Positions 45,337-54,292 of a stretch of 64,000 bases of DNA are shown piece by piece; position 1 is the first letter of the stretch, and each line of letters opens with the position of its first letter. The stretch lies in IMG/VR virus record IMGVR_UViG_3300013121_000046. One strand, written 5' to 3'. The position numbers were made by a program, and so were the translations under genes. The notes beneath the pieces were generated by a model. The model saw only the letters and a program-made list of their open reading frames with translations, ran no database searches and was not told the DNA's origin. The DNA comes from a virus. Its lineage: Duplodnaviria; Caudoviricetes.

Positions 45337-45867
45337 CTAGATCCTAAAAGCTGCCCCGACCACGGACAAGGATCGAGCAGCCCGAGCTACAGCTATGTAG
45401 GAAGGTTTCCCTGGGGTCTCAGCAAACACAACCATCACTGTAGCCGCATACCCCTTGGGAAGAAATTCTGAAGCCTTGTTCGTAGCGTAGAAGAAAGCCC
45501 CAGAGGCATCTGGCCCAATTGGAGTCATCTGCACCCCAGGAATCATAAACTCGGGAGAGACCTCCTTTACTCCGATTTCTGGGGCTGATTTACCCATAAC
45601 CAGGGCTGTCTGAGCCGCCAAATTGATAGTCTGCAACTTCGTATCCTCAAGCCTTTCTGGCTTAAACACATACAGAGTCGCTTCCTTATATTGCCCTTGC
45701 CCCAACTCTACTCCTACTGACCAGGAGGACTCTGTTCCAGATTCATCTACCTGCTGATAGGTTTGCTGAACTACATCACACAAACATAATTCGTAGACTT
45801 GAGTCTCCGCAGTCAAACTATCCGGCTGAAACACCCGAGGAAACTGCGAAGCTGTCTTCAAAAGCAT
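45337..45867 (-). CDS. hypothetical protein
   Basis: 176-aa ORF with AGGAG RBS. Confidence 0.75.
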   Translation of the reverse strand: MLLKTASQFPRVFQPDSLTAETQVYELCLCDVVQQTYQQVDESGTESSWSVGVELGQGQYKEATLYVFKPERLEDTKLQTINLAAQTALVMGKSAPEIGVKEVSPEFMIPGVQMTPIGPDASGAFFYATNKASEFLPKGYAATVMVVFAETPGKPSYIAVARAARSLSVVGAAFRI

Positions 45868-45891
45868 GGGAACACTCCTATTGGTATATGA

Positions 45892-47337
45892 CTAATCCAC
45901 ACTCACACCCAGTCGATTCCAAAAATTCGTATTATTAGACCTTGTAAAACTATCCTCCAACTGAATACTCCCAGTATCCCAGTCCTTTGTAAACTCACTA
46001 ACCTCTCGATATCGCACAAAGAGAGCCTGCAACTGAGCGGCACTTAACTCTGTAGCATATGCGGAAACTCTACGAAAGATTTCTTGATGCTCAGAATCCT
46101 CCGAATCCACATAGAAATTTCTAATCATGGTCAGCAAAGATTCTCCCTGAGGAGGAAGCATAGCCAACCTAAAATCGCACCGCCCAGGCCTAATTAAAGC
46201 AGCATCCAGACGCTCAGGATAATTCGTGGTCATAATCAGGACACGACCCTCGGTAGCCACCACCCCATCCAGGGCATTCAAAAAAGCTGCAAGAGAAACA
46301 AACTGAGACCCTGACCCCACCTCCTGGGCTAATATCTCCCCCTCATCCGTAAAACCACTAAACTCTTCCTCCGAATGATTAGCCTCTACTCGTTTTCGAT
46401 CTCCATACAAACAATCTATGTCCTCAATCAAAAGGACCGCATTCACCGCCACATTCGACATTAGGTCCAAGAGGGCGGCTTCTGCCTTGACACTACTCAG
46501 AGGGAGAACATAAACCGGCCGCTTAAAATGCGAGGCAATGGCCAAGGCGAGACTCGATTTCCCATTTCCTGGGGGGCCATGTAACAGATAACCTCGACGA
46601 TACGGAATACCCAAATTCTGGTACCAATCCTTTTGGTTAAAGAAAGTCTCTAGATCTCTGACTAAATGGTCCTTATCCTCTTTAGGCATAACCACTGACT
46701 CCAATCGCCGCTCCGGAGTTTCCCTAAGGACCTGCCACCGATTTCCATAAGCCAAAAATACCGGAACAGTTCTCCCCATAGAGTGGGGCCTAAACTGAGT
46801 TAAATTAGACACAAATTCCTTAAAGTGGGCTCTTGACAGACCAAAACTCTTAATGTTAACACTCTTTCGCCGAGAGCCACTATTACCCTCCGGGGTTTCT
46901 TCCACCAGAGTAATCAACAAAGGTCGCTTTTTATACCAAAGGAGATGCCATCCCCAAGAGGGGACTAAACAAATCTTAGGCTCCAATTCCAGATCAGAAT
47001 CATCCATGTAGTTAGTATTCTGCGCAAACTCTTGTGCTATATTGCAGAATTTATCCCTACTAAACTGAGTGACCGTTAAATATCTCCGGGCTCTCTTCGC
47101 TGTATAAGGGTGCTCCGCCAACCAAATGCACATCCAACCAAACGAAGCATCATACTCATAGAGAGTAGCCTCGAAAGAAATCCTAGAGACAAACCAACGG
47201 TACAATTCTCCTGGAAACTTTCTCAGGGAAGCCAGAATCACCCCCAAGAACCCAAGCATCGCCCCCCCAGTGAAGAAGGCGTTACTCTTTAGGGCTACCG
47301 TAGCCTCATTCACCAACGGGGATAGTATTTCCCACAT
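45892..47337 (-). CDS. BCS1-like AAA+ ATPase (N-terminal TM + BCS1_N-like domain + AAA)
   Basis: TM segment NAFFTGGAMLGFLGVILA; LVPSWGWHLLWYKKRPL (BCS1_N-like); WYQNLGIPYRRGYLLHGPPGNGKS; LLIEDID; LNALDGV; MTTNYPERLDAALIRPGRCD. Confidence 0.9.
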   Translation of the reverse strand: MWEILSPLVNEATVALKSNAFFTGGAMLGFLGVILASLRKFPGELYRWFVSRISFEATLYEYDASFGWMCIWLAEHPYTAKRARRYLTVTQFSRDKFCNIAQEFAQNTNYMDDSDLELEPKICLVPSWGWHLLWYKKRPLLITLVEETPEGNSGSRRKSVNIKSFGLSRAHFKEFVSNLTQFRPHSMGRTVPVFLAYGNRWQVLRETPERRLESVVMPKEDKDHLVRDLETFFNQKDWYQNLGIPYRRGYLLHGPPGNGKSSLALAIASHFKRPVYVLPLSSVKAEAALLDLMSNVAVNAVLLIEDIDCLYGDRKRVEANHSEEEFSGFTDEGEILAQEVGSGSQFVSLAAFLNALDGVVATEGRVLIMTTNYPERLDAALIRPGRCDFRLAMLPPQGESLLTMIRNFYVDSEDSEHQEIFRRVSAYATELSAAQLQALFVRYREVSEFTKDWDTGSIQLEDSFTRSNNTNFWNRLGVSVD

Positions 47338-47378
47338 ACTTTTTTATTACTCCCTGAAAACTGCGTTATTCCCTAAAA

Positions 47379-47452
47379 TGAGCAATGAGGGACTCGAACC
47401 CCCGACCCCCACGGTGTAAACGTGGTGCTCTAACCAACTGAGCTAATCGCTC
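47379..47452 (-). tRNA. tRNA-Val(TAC)
   Basis: GAGCGATTAGCTCAGTTGGTTAGAGCACCACGTTTACACCGTGGGGGTCGGGGGTTCGAGTCCCTCATTGCTCA. Confidence 0.93.
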
Positions 47453-47493
47453 GATTCTTACTCTGCTCTTCTGCGTTATTCCCTACTAAGATA

Positions 47494-47727
47494 CTATCCT
47501 CGCCGGGGGGTTCCCCAGAAATTCTGTTCGTAATCTTCGACCTCCCACTGTTCTCGCTTCTGGATTTCTTGGCCCTGCCGAAAAATCCGATTCTCGATAG
47601 ACCCGGGTGGGTACGGGTTATTGGCCCGGGGGTGGTCTTTCCCCTCCTGACAAATACGGTCAAAATACCGCTCATTCTCCGTCAGATAGATAGAGCCACC
47701 CCGAGTATTGACGATGCGCCGACTCAT
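47494..47727 (-). CDS. hypothetical protein
   Basis: 77-aa ORF with GGGAGGG RBS. Confidence 0.65.
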   Translation of the reverse strand: MSRRIVNTRGGSIYLTENERYFDRICQEGKDHPRANNPYPPGSIENRIFRQGQEIQKREQWEVEDYEQNFWGTPRRG

Positions 47728-47782
47728 CTTTCCCTCCCTGCGTGACTCGAACAGACCAGCGATTTCGGATTGTTGCCCAACT

Positions 47783-48010
47783 TCACACCGGCAAAGTTTC
47801 CGAGACAGACAGCTTCAGACTGAACTTGTCCGTCTCCGCTCCGTCCCGGTAAAAAGCCATGACTCCGTTCAGATAATCCACAAAGATGGACTCAACCTTC
47901 TCTCCCACCGGATATGGCCCTACCGGCTGTACCAAGGTGCAGCCGTAGAACTGATACCCACCCTCCCCCATGTCATCCCACCGTTCCCAGTCGAAAAGTT
48001 GCTTCTCCAT
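47783..48010 (-). CDS. hypothetical protein
   Basis: 75-aa ORF downstream of the promoter motif at 48064. Confidence 0.65.
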   Translation of the reverse strand: MEKQLFDWERWDDMGEGGYQFYGCTLVQPVGPYPVGEKVESIFVDYLNGVMAFYRDGAETDKFSLKLSVSETLPV

Positions 48011-48063
48011 TTAATGAACCCCCAAGTTTGTGACCAAAGTTTGAATTCTCCCCGTTAAGGTGC

Positions 48064-48075
48064 TATACCCCAAAA
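48064..48075 (-). promoter_or_regulatory. promoter motif TTTTGGGGTATA
   Basis: Motif copy. Confidence 0.6.
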
Positions 48076-48320
48076 TAAACCTGGTTTGAAGAAGCTTTGT
48101 CAAAAATCCATAGGAATCACTAACACCTTTTTCAAAGATACGTATTTAGGCAACTCACAACTATACTACGGCTTTCTCCCAAGGATCGGAGGTTTCTTCC
48201 TCCGCTGATCGGAAAGAACAAACCAATGATAAAGAACCCAAGAGAGTCCTGCGGTGAGTATCAGGGACACAATTGAGCAAAGCACAATCAAAAACAGCGC
48301 CATAAGTATCTCAGCCATAA

Positions 48321-48758
48321 TCACACCTCTTCTTTGGTACAACTCCTGCCTACTACCTTAAAATACTCCTCCGGAGTGACGGAGACAAAAGCCTTAGCCG
48401 GATCAGATTGCTTGCCGAAAACCAAGTAGACATTAGACGGCTTAATATTACGCTTGTCCAGTAACTCCCGCATCTCGGTAATATTGGTAGCATAGGCGAC
48501 AAACTTGGCATCGACGGTAAAAGCAAAAACACCCGAATATGGGGCCACCAAGTCTGACACGTATTCGGATGGTCGGGCTCTTGCTCCAGTGTATTTGCCT
48601 TCCTCTTGAAAATCCTTCTCAGTCATTCGAGAAGAGCCCCTATCTGATCGCAACTGCAAATTATGACTCTCTCGTACCTGTGCATACACAATGAGATAAA
48701 TACCTAAGCTGAGTGACAGACCGATTCCGAATAAAAAAATTGTCAGACCTAAGAACAT
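48321..48758 (-). CDS. membrane-anchored hypothetical protein
   Basis: N-terminal TM helix. Confidence 0.65.
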   Translation of the reverse strand: MFLGLTIFLFGIGLSLSLGIYLIVYAQVRESHNLQLRSDRGSSRMTEKDFQEEGKYTGARARPSEYVSDLVAPYSGVFAFTVDAKFVAYATNITEMRELLDKRNIKPSNVYLVFGKQSDPAKAFVSVTPEEYFKVVGRSCTKEEV

Positions 48759-48786
48759 ATGGCTTGCTCCCTAGATTATTTCAATA

Positions 48787-49059
48787 CTATCTGTCTTTCT
48801 TATCACCCCCAACAAAAAACTTCAAAATGTCGAGTATCATGCTCAGAATAGACAAAAAACTGCATATTACTACCACCACCCCAAGGTACACACACGCAGC
48901 AAAAAAGATTGAATAGCTTAAGATAAAGCCTAAAAACAGCAGGTTCTCAAAGCCTATTCTATAGCACCCCCAAGAGACGAGGCATATGACCACAGACCCA
49001 AACACCACACTTATCGTCGTCCAGAATTCTGACCGCATTCTTTCTTTATAATCCGGCAT
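48787..49059 (-). CDS. small membrane protein
   Basis: Two hydrophobic segments. Confidence 0.65.
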   Translation of the reverse strand: MPDYKERMRSEFWTTISVVFGSVVICLVSWGCYRIGFENLLFLGFILSYSIFFAACVYLGVVVVICSFLSILSMILDILKFFVGGDKKDR

Positions 49060-49113
49060 ATTTTCCCTTTAACGCAACGACTACCCCGGATTAAGAATCG
49101 CCCCTATATACTG

Positions 49114-49125
49114 TATACCCAAAAA
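49114..49125 (-). promoter_or_regulatory. promoter motif TTTTTGGGTATA
   Basis: Motif fused to the terminator T-tract. Confidence 0.65.
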
Positions 49126-49177
49126 AAATCCCCACCAGGTTTCAAACTCCTAGAAGAGTCCTAAACCTGGTGGGGAT
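49121..49177 (-). terminator. intrinsic terminator ending the large ncRNA candidate
   Basis: 15-bp IR ATCCCCACCAGGTTT / AAACCTGGTGGGGAT followed by a T-run. Confidence 0.8.
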
Positions 49178-49187
49178 CAAAAAAAGA

Positions 49188-49868
49188 ATGGGCGGCTTTA
49201 GTTGGTTAGTCCGCCCGAGGGTGAAGTACTCCTTTCGGGAGTACCCTACACCGGTGTTTCAAGCCGTTCACCCTCTTGGTCCCTGTTATTGGATTTTAGG
49301 TCCGGGTAACAGCACCCAATTCAGGTTGGTCGCTTCTGACCTTAAACAATCGAAGCCGCTAAACTCCATTGCCATTAGTCAGGTGTCTTTTGCTTCGGGG
49401 GGAAGCGTCCAACACCTCTCTTTCGAGACTCTGCCTGACCTTTCGACCTGACAGATTAGACCCCTTCACAACTCAACCTGTGTACTTTGCCGTAGTAAAC
49501 GGCTTCCCCCAAACTACTATTTAGTATATAGTAATGGAGATTTCAAGTCTCCTCGTCAACCTAAACGCTCGATAAGTACAAATCCGAACGTCCCATAGCA
49601 GAATTCCCTAATTGACGTTAGGTATCTTGCACAGGGCTAACAGCAGGTTATACTCGCGTCACCGAGATTTACCCTGCACCGTAAGCAATCTTGTAAGAGT
49701 GGCTTAACACCCAACCCTTCGTTTCGGGGCTGTCCAAGATTCAGGCTTTACTCTATCCCCTCTAGGAGGGGCAACTTGGGTAGGTTGTTCCCAAAGTCGT
49801 TTTTTCGCCCGAGCACTAGGGGCGATTGGGAAGCATCCAAACTCTTTCGAGTATTGTCTGCTTCCCAT
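49188..49868 (-). ncRNA. candidate large, highly structured non-coding RNA (~680 nt), class unassigned
   Basis: No credible ORF; many helices with GAAA loops (ACTC-GAAA-GAGT, TCTC-GAAA-GAGA, GTACTCC-CGAAA-GGAGTAC, GTC-GAAA-GGT); longer-range stems GAGGGTGAA/TTCACCCTC and TGGGAAGCA/TGCTTCCCA; promoter motif upstream and terminator downstream. Confidence 0.75.
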
Positions 49869-49875
49869 GAACTAG

Positions 49876-49887
49876 TATACCCCAAAA
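49876..49887 (-). promoter_or_regulatory. promoter motif TTTTGGGGTATA upstream of the ncRNA candidate
   Basis: Motif ends about 8 nt before the first helix. Confidence 0.65.
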
Positions 49888-49926
49888 GATCACCTCCGTA
49901 GACCAAAAAAGGCCGAAAATTTTTTA

Positions 49927-50637
49927 CTAGCACAGCAGTTGAACTAACTCCCATATCCTATTGAGGTTACGACAATAAACCTCCGGATGAATCGCTTTCA
50001 GGTTATCCTGTGCAGTATGGATCCTAATTTTGCTCTGCGAACACCCATCCACAATCACAGTGGGAATATTGTGGTAACTAAAAACCAAACCATCACTGGG
50101 GCATCCCCAATACCTGGAACGAGGATCAGATAAACCCAAAGATATCCCCCATTCTTCTGGAAAATACTGAACAGCCAAATCTCCGCAGCCTAAACATTCC
50201 AAGTCTAAATTACAGAAAATTGTCTTCCGAATCTCAGGATCATCCAAATACTGTCTAGCTCCCCATCTCCCTTGTTCCTCTTGGGGAAACGAAACCAATC
50301 GGATATCTCTACGCGGAGCCCAGTCCCGAAGCTTCGACCATACTGCGGTCAAAGCAACTACTGAACTCCAATTATCCACGATCCCTTGACTAGGGGTACC
50401 CACGTAATCGTGATGGGCAGAAACTACCAAAGACTTTAACTCCGGGACTTTCCCAGGGAAAACCACCTCGATTATTGATCCACCATCCCGATCCTTCGCA
50501 CATTTAGTAACCGAGGGGGTTACCCCTAAGGATTCCCAGAAATCTATGAGGGCCCCTTGTCGGTAAAAAAGTGAGGCATCACTCGGCAGAGTCAGCCTAG
50601 GCAAAATCGTTTGGTAGTAGTCTTCCAGGGTTAGCAT
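49927..50637 (-). CDS. M28 family metallopeptidase
   Basis: VVSAHHD, GIVDNWSS, FPQEEQG, NLDLEC, PSD, IHTAQD Zn-ligand motifs. Confidence 0.85.
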   Translation of the reverse strand: MLTLEDYYQTILPRLTLPSDASLFYRQGALIDFWESLGVTPSVTKCAKDRDGGSIIEVVFPGKVPELKSLVVSAHHDYVGTPSQGIVDNWSSVVALTAVWSKLRDWAPRRDIRLVSFPQEEQGRWGARQYLDDPEIRKTIFCNLDLECLGCGDLAVQYFPEEWGISLGLSDPRSRYWGCPSDGLVFSYHNIPTVIVDGCSQSKIRIHTAQDNLKAIHPEVYCRNLNRIWELVQLLC

Positions 50638-51190
50638 TTGGCAGCAAAGTTCCTAAAAAATCCAAGATATGCAAATTTGCCTCAGGTAACCAGTTATGAC
50701 CTCCCGGGGGGAGCATAACAAACTTCCCCTTAGGTCCCCACCACTTCGCTAGTACCTCTCCACCATTTTCTTTTGGTGGTACCAAAGGATCGTCTGGGCT
50801 GCCCAAGAATAGAGCCGGGGGGCGTAATTCTACCGGGGTTTCTGGCATCTTTTCCGCCGCAGAATACTGCCCAGCGTACACAACTAAACCATCAATAGGT
50901 AGTCTAGCCAAGACTCGCTCAATCCCAATCCGCATAGCCATGTTAGCCCCAGCGGAGAAACCTAACGCTACCTTAGGAAGGAAACCCTCACACATTTGCT
51001 CGAATTTAGCCACGGTAGAGTGGACTGGCCAAGCCTCTGAGGCCCCAAAAAAATTCCAGAATCTCCAAGCAGATTTAGCAAACACCAATTCCCAGTCAGA
51101 GCCCTGTAAGGCCAGGTCCAATTGCGAATGTATTCGCAACAATCTAGCCGAACCACCCAACCCATGATAAGCCACCACACATCCACTCAT
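50597..51190 (-). CDS. alpha/beta hydrolase (esterase-like)
   Basis: AYHGLGG, GFSAG nucleophile elbow, DDPLVP, GGHNW. Confidence 0.85.
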   Translation of the reverse strand: MSGCVVAYHGLGGSARLLRIHSQLDLALQGSDWELVFAKSAWRFWNFFGASEAWPVHSTVAKFEQMCEGFLPKVALGFSAGANMAMRIGIERVLARLPIDGLVVYAGQYSAAEKMPETPVELRPPALFLGSPDDPLVPPKENGGEVLAKWWGPKGKFVMLPPGGHNWLPEANLHILDFLGTLLPNANPGRLLPNDFA

Positions 51191-51369
51191 TCTGGAATCT
51201 CCCTATCCCCAGATACGGGTAAATCCAGAGCCAACGTTTCCAAATGCTCCACCAGTTTTCTAACATCCTCATAAATTGGTGCCTTGGAGAAGTTGTAGTC
51301 TCCCAGAATGCTATCTCCCAGGTAGTCCGTAAGATGCTCAAGTAGGGCAAAATAGGAAGAAAATCGCAT
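51187..51369 (-). CDS. hypothetical protein
   Basis: ATGA coupling to the hydrolase gene. Confidence 0.5.
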   Translation of the reverse strand: MRFSSYFALLEHLTDYLGDSILGDYNFSKAPIYEDVRKLVEHLETLALDLPVSGDREIPE

Positions 51370-51398
51370 AGAACACCCCCCAAATTAAAACTGGTTCC

Positions 51399-51659
51399 CT
51401 ACTCAATCTCAACCAAATAGGGCAAAATTTGCTTGTACTTTCGGAGACAGCTTTCGCCTACGGGAAAATAGCCCATATCCCCAGCAGGATCCATTACAGT
51501 CGCTTCCTCTTTCGTGACGATGCTACTCCCCCCATTGTGTACCCGAACCCATCGCATAGTGGTATTAGCCGTAGCCTTACCACAAATCAAACAAGGGGTG
51601 TAGCCTTCCGGACAGGTCGCATTGTGCTTATAGACAGCCGATCTAGGGACTGGCATCAT
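51399..51659 (-). CDS. hypothetical protein (possible Zn-binding)
   Basis: CLICGK...FPVGESC. Confidence 0.65.
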   Translation of the reverse strand: MMPVPRSAVYKHNATCPEGYTPCLICGKATANTTMRWVRVHNGGSSIVTKEEATVMDPAGDMGYFPVGESCLRKYKQILPYLVEIE

Positions 51660-52264
51660 TCCATGCTCTCCTCGACAGGAGTTTCCGCCTCATCCTCCGG
51701 AGGCAGAGCTTTGTACCGCCGTACCTCCACCTCCAGAAGTCGGTTAACCGCATCCAACTCAGCCTTGTACCGCTTCTGCGCCTCAAGAAGCCGAGTTAAA
51801 ATTCGAGCTTGCTGGTGCTTACTACGCATCCTAGGTGAGTACTTCTCAAACCTACTAGCTCGCTGCCCGGGAGTCTCTATATGCAAATCCCCGGATCTCC
51901 AATAAAAAAGAGATCCTACATCTTCTGGCTTTACCAGATAGTTTCCAGCCCCTAATCCCCCAATCGTATCCGAAACTCGTAAACCAATATCAGACTCCCG
52001 AATCTCATAGGGACTGATTTTGGTTTGTTTCGCCACATTTTCGAGGGTTGCTTTCTTCCCTAAGGCTCCACCTACCACTTCCTGCCTAGCATTTATCTCC
52101 GCAATAAATTTCTTCCCTACATCCGAGGGACCTACCACTCCTTTTTCTTGAATCTCACCCTGCTCAGTATAGGGTGGAAGGCTTAACCCAACGTCCTCTG
52201 GCTGAATAACATACAGTCGCGGAGAACCCAATTCCCTGATCCTATCTAGTAAAGACTCACTCAT
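51656..52264 (-). CDS. hypothetical protein with repeated (Y/V)x(I/V)xxxD(V/I)G motifs
   Basis: YVIQPEDVG, VVGPSDVG, YEIRESDIG, YLVKPEDVG. Confidence 0.7.
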   Translation of the reverse strand: MSESLLDRIRELGSPRLYVIQPEDVGLSLPPYTEQGEIQEKGVVGPSDVGKKFIAEINARQEVVGGALGKKATLENVAKQTKISPYEIRESDIGLRVSDTIGGLGAGNYLVKPEDVGSLFYWRSGDLHIETPGQRASRFEKYSPRMRSKHQQARILTRLLEAQKRYKAELDAVNRLLEVEVRRYKALPPEDEAETPVEESME

Positions 52265-52266
52265 AG

Positions 52267-52464
52267 TTAGGACTCCAGAAAATAGGCCCATTTACTGGGC
52301 AATGTCAAATAGGGGCACTCTTGGTAAATTCGGTACATTACTGCTAACCCTTCTGAAGACAGATTAGCCTGACTTTGCATCACTTCCCACAATAATCGCA
52401 AAGATTCTTGCGATAACCCCATACAAATGGGGGGTTCTTGAGTCAAAAGAACATCGCTAGCCAT
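52267..52464 (-). CDS. hypothetical protein
   Basis: GGAGG RBS. Confidence 0.55.
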   Translation of the reverse strand: MASDVLLTQEPPICMGLSQESLRLLWEVMQSQANLSSEGLAVMYRIYQECPYLTLPSKWAYFLES

Positions 52465-52478
52465 GAGGGTACCTCCCG

Positions 52479-53387
52479 TTAGTCCAGGCTCAAGGCCAAA
52501 GACCGCCAATCGGTTCCAGTAGCTCGCGTGTACTGCAACAAGGACTTGATATGCACCAAAAGACGCAAACTTAAGTCCCGAACGTTGTCAGCGTTCAAAT
52601 GGAGAAACTCAATCACCTCCTTTTGGGTGTCTTCCGTCTCCCCCTTAAGCATCTTGGGCACAAGCCCCACAATTCTCTCCAAAATCTCCTCCCGAGTTGA
52701 TCCAATCACCACCGTAAGGGCTCGACTCAGGACCGCCTTCAAGTGCGGAGACTCAATCTTCTCCCGCTCCAAGTTGGAGATGAAGATAACTTGGCCCCGA
52801 AAAATAAACTCCGGAACCTCGACAGCCGCCGAGCTAGACCGCCAAGCCACCTTGCGTTCCGGATATGTGTCCAATACCGATTTAAGAACATTCAAACCAG
52901 TCTGATCCTTCAACACTCCGTCACAATCGTCGAAAATGACCAGACTATGACGATGCTCATACAGAGCATTGTACAGCCCTAGGCTGGTAGCATGACCTTG
53001 GATAATGTGGTAGTCATACCCCTCCGTCTTATTGGCACGACTCAGCACCTCTCGCACCGTATAGGTCTTGCCGGTACCGCCGGGGCCTGCCACAAACAGA
53101 GAGTTGGAAAAACCAGCCGCCACAACCTGGGTAAGGTGGGCAAGATTTTCAAACTGTGTGTCCACCGGAAGACGAGACTTGGCCGAAGTCGCCTTCCCCG
53201 AGGTTTCAACCTCCGGGGTAAGAACCTTACCCCCCGGAAGCACAACCTGCTCCGAACAAACCTGCACCGTATGTGACGGCACATGAAAAATGGTCCCGTC
53301 CTCCGCGATCAATGAGGTGTTGAACTTGGCCTTACGACGAATCTGATACACACCTTCCTGTCCGATCACCTTGGCAAAACGAGACAT
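52479..53387 (-). CDS. phage P-loop/AAA-type ATPase
   Basis: LFVAGPGGTGKT, LVIFDDCD, VIFISN, LSRA. Confidence 0.85.
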   Translation of the reverse strand: MSRFAKVIGQEGVYQIRRKAKFNTSLIAEDGTIFHVPSHTVQVCSEQVVLPGGKVLTPEVETSGKATSAKSRLPVDTQFENLAHLTQVVAAGFSNSLFVAGPGGTGKTYTVREVLSRANKTEGYDYHIIQGHATSLGLYNALYEHRHSLVIFDDCDGVLKDQTGLNVLKSVLDTYPERKVAWRSSSAAVEVPEFIFRGQVIFISNLEREKIESPHLKAVLSRALTVVIGSTREEILERIVGLVPKMLKGETEDTQKEVIEFLHLNADNVRDLSLRLLVHIKSLLQYTRATGTDWRSLALSLD

Positions 53388-53401
53388 TTTAGTGTTCCTC
53401 G

Positions 53402-53448
53402 TATTTAGAATTCTGAAGACACTGAAGTATACCTCAGAATTCTAAATA
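53402..53448. promoter_or_regulatory. 15-bp perfect inverted repeat flanking a promoter-like GGTATA
   Basis: TATTTAGAATTCTGA-N17-TCAGAATTCTAAATA just upstream of the ATPase RBS. Confidence 0.55.
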
Positions 53449-53645
53449 GGAGGGAAAAAAACCCGAAAAATGGAAAAATAGTACAAAAAAAGCAAAAAAA
53501 CCGATATTTAGGCTACCTAGGTTACCTAGATTACCCAAAATAAAAACTACCCCATTCAAGCTCCCCCTTATACCCCCTATTTAGGGATATCAGAGTAGCC
53601 TGAATGGGGTAGTGAAGGTAACTGGCCCGTGTAAAACTTGGTATT

Positions 53646-54224
53646 CTAATCCTCAAACGGATTATCGAACGCTCGAACATACCCCTCCCGCTCAACCTGA
53701 CCCTGGGAACGCAATCGAGCAGCCCAATCCACAAGGTACTGGCGAGTAGTCACGTTAAGCTCCCCAGTACCTGGAGCAGTTTGGGACAGGGCAAAGTTGT
53801 ACCAATCGTCCAAATCTTTAGCCATGAACCCCTTACTGACCAAAAAATCATACCCCCGCTGCTGGTACTCCATATAAGCCAACTCGGCTCCCGAGGGGGC
53901 TCCCTCTTTAGATTCTTTGCGTTCCTTAGAAGACTCGTCCGAATCCTCTTCAGAATCCTCGTCAGAATCCTTTTTGGATTTCCCACTAACCGCTTCGTAA
54001 ACATCCTCCTCTAGGATGGAGGATACTCGATTTGATTCCTGAACCTCCCCAGAAACATCGAAATCCGGATACTGCTGAGCCCAGTAACCAAAGGAACCCA
54101 AGATAACCTGAACCACATGCTTCTCCCAGCCCTCGACTGTACTCTCCAGGACTGCTGCCGGAGAAGAAGTGTCGATGGGAAAAGTCTCCTTAACCTCTGC
54201 TGATTTTTCTTCCTCAGACATCAC
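53646..54224 (-). CDS. acidic hypothetical protein
   Basis: 192-aa ORF with GGAGG RBS. Confidence 0.75.
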   Translation of the reverse strand: MMSEEEKSAEVKETFPIDTSSPAAVLESTVEGWEKHVVQVILGSFGYWAQQYPDFDVSGEVQESNRVSSILEEDVYEAVSGKSKKDSDEDSEEDSDESSKERKESKEGAPSGAELAYMEYQQRGYDFLVSKGFMAKDLDDWYNFALSQTAPGTGELNVTTRQYLVDWAARLRSQGQVEREGYVRAFDNPFED

Positions 54225-54292
54225 AAACTTCCTCCAAACTCTAAAAACCGCATTTGTAGTAAAAAACCCTCAAATCAGTATCAGTACAACAG

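Noticed and set aside
49170-49954. ORFs 49170-49451 (+) and 49748-49954 (-)
   Set aside because: They lack an RBS or recognisable protein features and overlap the terminator, promoter and helices of the ncRNA candidate.
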